Of a stretch of DNA of 64,000 bases, positions 57,401-64,000 are shown piece after piece. Both the position numbers and the translations under genes were made by a program. The notes beneath the pieces are model-generated. The model saw only the letters and a list, made by a program, of their open reading frames with translations, did not search any database and was not told where the DNA came from. The stretch covers positions 1 through 64,000 of the forward strand of contig MEDY01000110.1 in the NCBI GenBank assembly GCA_001724265.1. Reading direction: 5' to 3'. The stretch comes from Rhizaria sp. SCN 62-66. Lineage: Eukaryota. Numbering within the stretch: the first letter of the stretch is position 1; each line of letters starts with the position of its first letter.

Positions 57401-59378
57401 TGCTCGATGCGCGCGCCGTGCGCAGCCAGCGCGGCCGTGAGGTCGGCGATCGGCCGCTGGTGCATGCGGGCGACGCCGTGGAGTTTGATCGACCGCAGGG
57501 ACAGCGGCTGCGCGTTGGCGTCACCAGCGGCATTGATGGGCTTGAATCGCGCATAGCACAGCAACGCCGTGAGAAACCTTGCTGCAGTCCCGGCGTTGCC
57601 CACAAACAGCGACGTCTCGCCGGGCGGCAGTGAGAAGACGCCGCGGCAGCCGGTCACGGTGACTGTCGGCTCAGAGTTGAGGTGACTGTGAGCAGCAACC
57701 TCGATAGTGACACCGAGTTGACGCAAGCACGTGATCATCACCTATTCATCCAATAAAACAGGAATAAAATTAACAAGAAGGTGATGTGAGCAATGCGGAT
57801 TTGTAGGAGATATCCATAAGCGTATGTGTCGGTTTGCTTTGCTCGGAATATTCATGCACGAACCTCTGTGTCATCAGAGTGAAGCAGCCCCCTGAGCACC
57901 GTGACACCTGTGCCCAGAGCAGCCATCACGAGCGCGCGATTCGAGATGGACTTCGAGCCAGGCACAGTGACCGCGCCGACGACGGGCTGCGGCAGAGGGA
58001 GCGCCCAGGCGCCTGCACCGTCAGCCACAGTGCTGTCAGGTCGCGTGCTGTGTGAAATTGCAACGGCGGTGGCGAGGACGCGTTCGAGGACAGGGCGGCT
58101 CAACACATGAGTACACCCGCCGCGCTTCGCACTGTTAGCTGCGATCGCGGAGGGGGCGAGCGCGCGCCAAAGAGTTGTTCCCGCCTCATAGTCCGTACAG
58201 GGCTGCTAAGGACACTGCTCGCAGTTGCCACATGCGTTACAGTCACTCGTTGAAGCATCCGCAGTGGGGTCGCTGTCGGAGCCCTTGCTCTCGAGCGCGA
58301 CGTCGCCGAGCGCCCTCAACAGCACGCTCCGGACGTTACCACCGACGTTCTTCTTGTCGACGCCCATTGCCGCAATGACGTGCCCCGTCGTCAGGTGCGC
58401 AGGCGTCTCCACAGGCAGCTTGTACGCCCGCAGCACGCGCTTGGCGCGCTCCACCAGCGCCACGTCGGTCAGTGCGCCGGTGCGGGCCGCGATCTCCAGC
58501 TCGAGCACAAGCCCGACGCTGACGGCCTCGCCGTGCAACAGGTCCGGCGTCGCCAACGCCTCAAGCCCGTGGCCCAGCGTGTGGCCCGCGTTGAGGACCG
58601 CGCGCACCCAACGCTCCTGTGGGTCCGCGCTCACAACCGCGGCCTTGACTCGCGCAGTGTCGTGCAGGATGCGCCGCAGTGTCAGGGGCTCGCGTTGGGT
58701 AAGTACCTGGGCCGCGGAGGCCTCGCAGAGCGCAAAGAGCGCGGGCGCAGCAATGAGGCCCGTCTTGATCACCTCAGCCATGCCGTTAGAGAGCTCGCGC
58801 AGCGGCAGCGTGGTCAGGAAGAGCGGGGACAGCAGCACGGCCAGCGGGTGGTGGAAGGCACCGATAAGGTTCTTGCCCTTGGCGGTGTCGATCGCAGTTT
58901 TCCCGCCAATCGCGGAGTCGACCATAGCGAGCAGTGTGGTGGGGATCTGAATACAGGGCACGCCGCGCATGTAGGTCGCAGCAATGAAGCCCGCGAGGTC
59001 GCCGATCACGCCGCCGCCGAGCGCGATGATGACGGTGTCGCGGCCGCAGCGGTGCGCCAGCAGAGTGTCTTCGCAGTGGGCCTTGGCGGCGCGGGACTTG
59101 CTGGATTCGCCCGCAGAAAAAACGTGCTGGATAACGCGGCGCGAGGACGGGAGCAACGCCGACAGGGCTGAGGCGAGGGACGGGGCGAAGAGCAATGACG
59201 TGTTGTCATCAGACAACAGAGCGAAAACGCCGGCGGACGGCGCGAGGGAAAGAATACGCGCTGCAAGCGCGGGGTAAAGTTCGGGCAAGGAGGAACTGTT
59301 GTCAAACTCAATTGGATAGTGGAATCCGGTGCCAGACACCGTGATCACTTCAGCGGGATTGCCGAGAGGGGCCGACAT
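51489..59378 (-). CDS. ARO1: Pentafunctional AROM (DHQ synthase, EPSP synthase, shikimate kinase, type I DHQase, shikimate dehydrogenase), about 2498 aa; exons 59378-57864, 57741-54145, 53993-52905, 52784-51489; in-frame TAG at 58208-58206
   Basis: [84 protein letters not shown]. DHQase: [49 protein letters not shown]. Three phase-0 GT-AG introns restore the frame. Stop TAA. Confidence 0.9.
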
Positions 59379-59674
59379 CGAAGGCCGTCGTCCGGACCGC
59401 TAGACGAAAAGTGTGCATATTAGAGCGCGAGAGAGTTTCTTAGTAGTGTTATTTAAAGAGAGTATATTATACACAAGATAAAATTACATATCCAAAGATC
59501 GCATAATTTAACGATCATTTGCGCGGGATATCGCTTTTGATAATCGTGGACCACACGTTGCTGTCGGCAAGAAGCAGGCCGTCGCCGACCTCGGGCCGGG
59601 TCGTGATGATGCACCAAAATCTTTCTTCTGTTTGCGATATCTTGATCGTGAGCGTCAGTGTTTTCACCGGAAAG
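59379..59674. promoter_or_regulatory. Compact putative bidirectional promoter between AROM and pyrophosphatase
   Basis: Only about 300 bp separate the divergent ATGs, with an AT-rich core at about 59440-59520. Confidence 0.45.
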
Positions 59675-60971
59675 ATGTTCAGCAAGAGGTTGACTTCCAA
59701 GATCTTTGGACTGGCGTGCACTGCTTCGCTGTTTGCGCCTGGCGCCGCTCTTCCGGCTGCGACCCGGATCGCCCATCACGCCAAGCAGGTGTGCCTTCCC
59801 AAGTCGACCTTCGTCACGTATGCGCCCTATACCCATGCTAGCAAGGGCTACCGCGAGGAACGCCGTGTGTCCATCTTTCCCTCGACTGCGGACACGTCCG
59901 ACGCCGCGAATGCCATCTCGCCCTGGCACGGTATTTCGCTCGTCGCCTGCCCCGTACGTTTGTTTTGTTGCTCCTCATCCTTCCACTTCAGATATCTCCG
60001 CGAGCTTGCATTCAATCCGTTCATTTGTTTGGTATAACATTTAATTCTACGTGGGTAACTCTATAGGTCACTATTACGTTGTTTTGCTCTTTATGCGGCT
60101 TTGTAGATCAAGGGCACGTTCAACTTTGTGAACGAGATCCCGAAGGGGACGCGCGCCAAGATGGAGATCTCCACCACCGAGGCCTCAAATCCCATCAAGC
60201 AAGACATCAAGAACGGCAAGCTCCGCGAGTTCGCCTACGGCAAGATCCCCTTTAACTACGGCGCGCTGCCGCAGACGTGGGAGAACCCTATCCTGTCGCA
60301 CCCCGTCCTCGGTCTGCAGGGCGACAACGACCCCGTCGATGTGGTCGAGATTTCCACCGGCGCGCTCCCCGAGGGCGCTGTGATGGAGGTCAAGGTGCTC
60401 GGTGCGCTGGCGCTGATTGACGAGGGCGAGGTCGACTGGAAGGTCATCGCTGTCGACGCACACTCGCCGCTCGCGACCAAGATCGATGACGCCGATGACT
60501 TGGAGAACGTCATGCCCGGGGTCATTTCCTCCATCCGCGAGTGGTTCAGGAAGTACAAAACCGCGGACGGGAAGCCCGAGAACACGTTTGGGTTTCACGA
60601 GGCCGTCATCTCGGTCAAAGAGACCAAGGAGGTGATCGCTGAGACGCACCAGGTACAAAAAGCTCAAAAAATTATTTTATTTCAGAATTTATATCGTGTG
60701 TATGAGCTTCAACCTTTGTATTACTATATTTATATATGAGACTTAGTGATGTGAACATGTAATTCCATTTTATTGCTCTATCTTACCACTCTGACTTCCT
60801 ATCCTCTCTTTTGTGCCTGTATAGGAGTGGCGCAAGCTCGTCAACGGCGAGGTCAAATGCGACAAGGCCGCCGCCCTCTGGGTCGGCGGCGTCGTCCCCA
60901 CTGCGCAGGTTGCTGCGCCTGGCGCTGCGGCGACTGAGTCGACGGAGCTGTGCGAGGAGAACAATCAATGA
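59675..60971 (+). CDS. PPA: Family I inorganic pyrophosphatase with an N-terminal organellar-targeting-like extension, about 323 aa; exons 59675-59953, 60107-60652, 60825-60971
   Basis: ISPWH, EIPKGTRAKMEI, NPIKQD.KNGKLR, NYGALPQTWE, GDNDPVDVVEI, LIDEGEVDWKVIA and WFRKYK. Two phase-0 introns. Stop TGA. Confidence 0.92.
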
Positions 60972-61430
60972 GTGCACGTGTGGATACGTGCGATGGTGCG
61001 TCGGTAGCAGACTTCTTCTGTCTAAAGCTTGCGTAGAGGAGTTCAGGAGTTGGTATTCGGGTTTATCCTTGTCTGTTTCGTTAAATATGTTGCTATTTTT
61101 CTCACTATTAATTCAATACAATATAGTTTCGTCATACTAGTCCTGCATAAGTCTATAAGCTTACAAATTTAACATATTTTTGGTTGCGTGATACTTACAC
61201 ATGAAGTGCTATTGGATACAATATATTATTTGGTATTTATTACAATCGTGATTTTTTTAATCATCAAAACATCTTCTTTTTTCCCTTCCAACCATTCTCT
61301 CGGCCGACATAGTCACTTTCACACACTCACTTAAGCTATCAACCTGAGGTCAACCCAAGGCGGCGTTTCTAATGTAAGGCGAGTCCTATTGCACCAACGC
61401 ATCCTGGCGTAGCAGCTTAGACAAAGTGAC

Positions 61431-63243
61431 TTAAGCGGACATGTAGGTGGAGACCTCGATCTTCTCCGGCAGGGGCTGGATCTCAACCGTGAAGCGGTCC
61501 TGGACCTGCTTGAGCGTTTCCTTGTCCTCGTCCGAAGACAGGAAGGTGATGGCGAGGCCCTTGGTGCCGAAGCGGCCGGAGCGGCCGACGCGGTGAAGGT
61601 ACGAGTCGGGGTCCTTGGACATGTCGTAGTTGATGACGATGTTGACGCGCTCGAAGTCGACGCCGCGGCCGAAGACGTCGGTCGACACCAGGATGCGCGC
61701 CTTGTATTCCTTGAAGTCGTTGTAGCGCTTCAGGCGCTCCTCCTGCACAGGCGCAAATCATCGCGAAGATGAGGAAAAACAAGAATAATTGAAACAAAAG
61801 TAATTGATGTAAGAGCGTGTTTGTGATGTACTTTTGATAGAATGATTGATACATAGTGAAACACGGGGAATGTAGCAGTAATGTTATGTCAAGGTTTTTG
61901 CAGTGCACGAACCTGGTTGAGGCCACCGTACATGGCGATCGAGGGGAAACCGAACTCGTTGAGGAACTTGTTGAGTGCCTGGCAGCGGGACGGGGAGGAG
62001 ACAAAGATGACGACCTGGTTGAACTCGAGAGTGTCGAGCAGGTCGTTCAGCTTGCGGTTCTTCTCAGCGTCAGTCAGCGCAACCTGTGTGAAAGAGACGT
62101 AAAGGGAGAACAAGCAAGAGTGGAAAAGTGAGATATTGTTGCAGTTTAGGTGCACAGTCACATCCAAACCGTGAGATAACTCAACATCATCACAATGACA
62201 CGTGATATAGTTTTGCTATGAAAAACCTCGAGGATTGTTTCGGACGAGATATCTGAAGCGTTCGTACCTGGTACTGGAGGAGGCCGTGGAGGGTGAGCTT
62301 GGACTCGTCGTCGACGTAGACCTCGATGGGGTTGGGGGCCGTGAACATGCGCGCAATGGCGCGGACCTCCTTGGGGATGGTGGCGGAGAAGAGCATGACC
62401 TGCTTGTTGTGGGGGGTCTTCTGGAAGATCTGCTGGACGGTGCCGCGCATGTCGACCTCCTTGAGGAGCGAGTCGCACTCGTCGAAGATAACGCGCTTGA
62501 CGTGGCTAACGTCGAGGTCCTTCTCCTCGACCAGTTGCTTGATGCGACCGGGGGTGCCGATCACGATGTGCGGCACCACGGACTTGAGCATGTCCTTGTG
62601 CTTCTGGACGGGGATGCCGCCGAAGTAGACATGGACTTTGATCTCGGGCATGTACTTGGCGAAGCGCATGAACTCACGGCAGATCTGATACGCGAGCTCG
62701 CGCGTGTGGCACATCACCAGGGTGTCGACCTTGCCGTCCTCGGGCTCGATCAGCTGCAGCGTCGCGAGCACAAACACGGCCGTCTTGCCGGTGCCGGCCT
62801 TAGCCTGGCAGATGAGGTCGTGGCCGTAGAGCGCCTAGAGACAAAACAGAATACAAAAAGAGCCGTGAGAAAAGACAGGGATTTTAAAATGTAGTCACAT
62901 ATATGGGTAGAAAACAACTAATTTTCGTGCCATGGCCAGACGTTGTTTTGTTTTAGATCAGTTCAAGTTCCTAAGCATCGTGTAAAGAATCGTTGTGGAA
63001 GATGCATGAGTGACTGACCTGGGGCAGGCACTCCTGCTGGACCTCGGAGGGGTGCTCGAAGGAGCAGTCCTGGATAGCGGACATGATGGGAGCCTTGAGA
63101 AGCATCTCACGGAAGCCGGTGGAGACGACGCCGGCGTAGGAGCCCTTCTTGGCGGCCGCGGCCGACGACGAGGTCTTGGTGGTGGTGTCCTCCTCCTCCT
63201 CGTAGTCGACGTACTCCTCCTCAGCCTTAGGGTCAGCAGACAT
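61431..63243 (-). CDS. DDX39B: DEAD-box (DECD) RNA helicase UAP56/Sub2, 424 aa; exons 63243-63019, 62834-62268, 62083-61913, 61742-61431
   Basis: [58 protein letters not shown] and [15 protein letters not shown]. Three phase-0 GT-AG introns. Stop TAA. Confidence 0.96.
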
Positions 63244-64000
63244 TGCTTCTTTTCTATAACGGTGGTACAACAACAGCAGTATCGACAGATCGAGGTCGCA
63301 TTGGCAGGGTGACGAGTTTTCATGAGCGCAAGGGAGGCAGTTGGTTGAACACACAGGTTGAGTAGAGACGAGGCAAGATTAAGTGAGAAAAAGGTCAGAT
63401 TTTTGAGTTAGGAGCGACGTCGTGAGAGATAAAACCCAACTCTTGAGAATTCGAAAGAATAGTTTGTACAGAAAGAATGACAAGATTTGAAACAAAGAGC
63501 TGTGACAAGCTCTGGTCGGGGGATGCGGGCTCTCTCGAAGCCGAAATCAGACGTTAATCCTGGCTTTGCGCGACAAGATCCCTGCTTGACAAGCAGCATG
63601 GCATCATTTACAGGAATACCATGTTATAGAAATGCCAGAGTTGCATTTCCACGCAAATGCTAAGATCTGTCCACGATGTCTGTTTAGCACACGATATCTC
63701 GCTTTTGCAACATCTTTGTTCTCGTCCGTTCACTCTTCTCTCTGCCGGATCAATCAGTCAGTCGGTTGGTGGTGGGTCGTGGTGTGAGCGAGCAAATTTT
63801 GACGGTGAAGCGCCCAGACCGGGAGCCTAAGTTAGGCCGCCAGCCAAGGCACATGATCTTTGGAAGGCCTCAGCGCTTTAATAGTCACGTTATTTTGTTA
63901 TGCCCGCTTATTTATGCATTTTACATTTCACAATCAATCTTTCTTGTGCTTTGTTTGGTCTCGTGCTCATGTGCGCTTTCTCCTGATGTCTTTTGCAGAT

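Noticed and set aside
51489-59378. Interpretation as a bacterial-style aro operon of separate genes, or as a pseudogene
   Set aside because: GT-AG introns join the ORFs in frame and catalytic motifs are intact; only one TAG interrupts the frame.
33809-60971. Apparent clustering of energy genes (AAC, ADK, PPase) and flagellar genes (CCDC57, DNAI1)
   Set aside because: Interspersed with unrelated genes on mixed strands; consistent with chance.
1-64000. Ciliate-type code (both TAA and TAG = Gln) or TGA reassignment
   Set aside because: TAA terminates conserved proteins at their expected ends (UAP56, RutE, ADK, AAC). No in-frame TAA or TGA was found in exons, and TGA ends the pyrophosphatase.
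1-64000. tRNA, rRNA, CRISPR arrays or intact transposons
   Set aside because: None recognisable by eye, including a suppressor tRNA(CUA); a tRNAscan-SE/Infernal run would be needed to exclude them.

Overview
Nuclear DNA from a flagellated microbial eukaryote (protist): GC-rich exons, AT-richer spacers and short GT-AG spliceosomal introns (11 inferred, 120-208 nt). About 12 protein genes: the 3' end of a PKD1/REJ-like membrane protein, CCDC57, a 7402-aa single-exon Ala-rich giant (CCDC162-like), a secreted tenascin-type EGF-repeat protein, ADP/ATP carrier, axonemal dynein intermediate chain DNAI1, adenylate kinase, a bacterial-type RutE nitroreductase carrying an intron, an inositol 5-phosphatase, pentafunctional AROM, inorganic pyrophosphatase and UAP56/DDX39B. 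Main finding: TAG appears to be a sense codon (most likely Gln) while TAA and TGA remain stops. In-frame TAGs interrupt conserved sequence in CCDC57 (2919-2921) and AROM (58206-58208). The only two genes that seem to end in TAG (1555, 7047) continue with coding-like sequence to a nearby TAA. All other genes end in TAA, or TGA once. Homology calls come from recalled motifs, not database searches.
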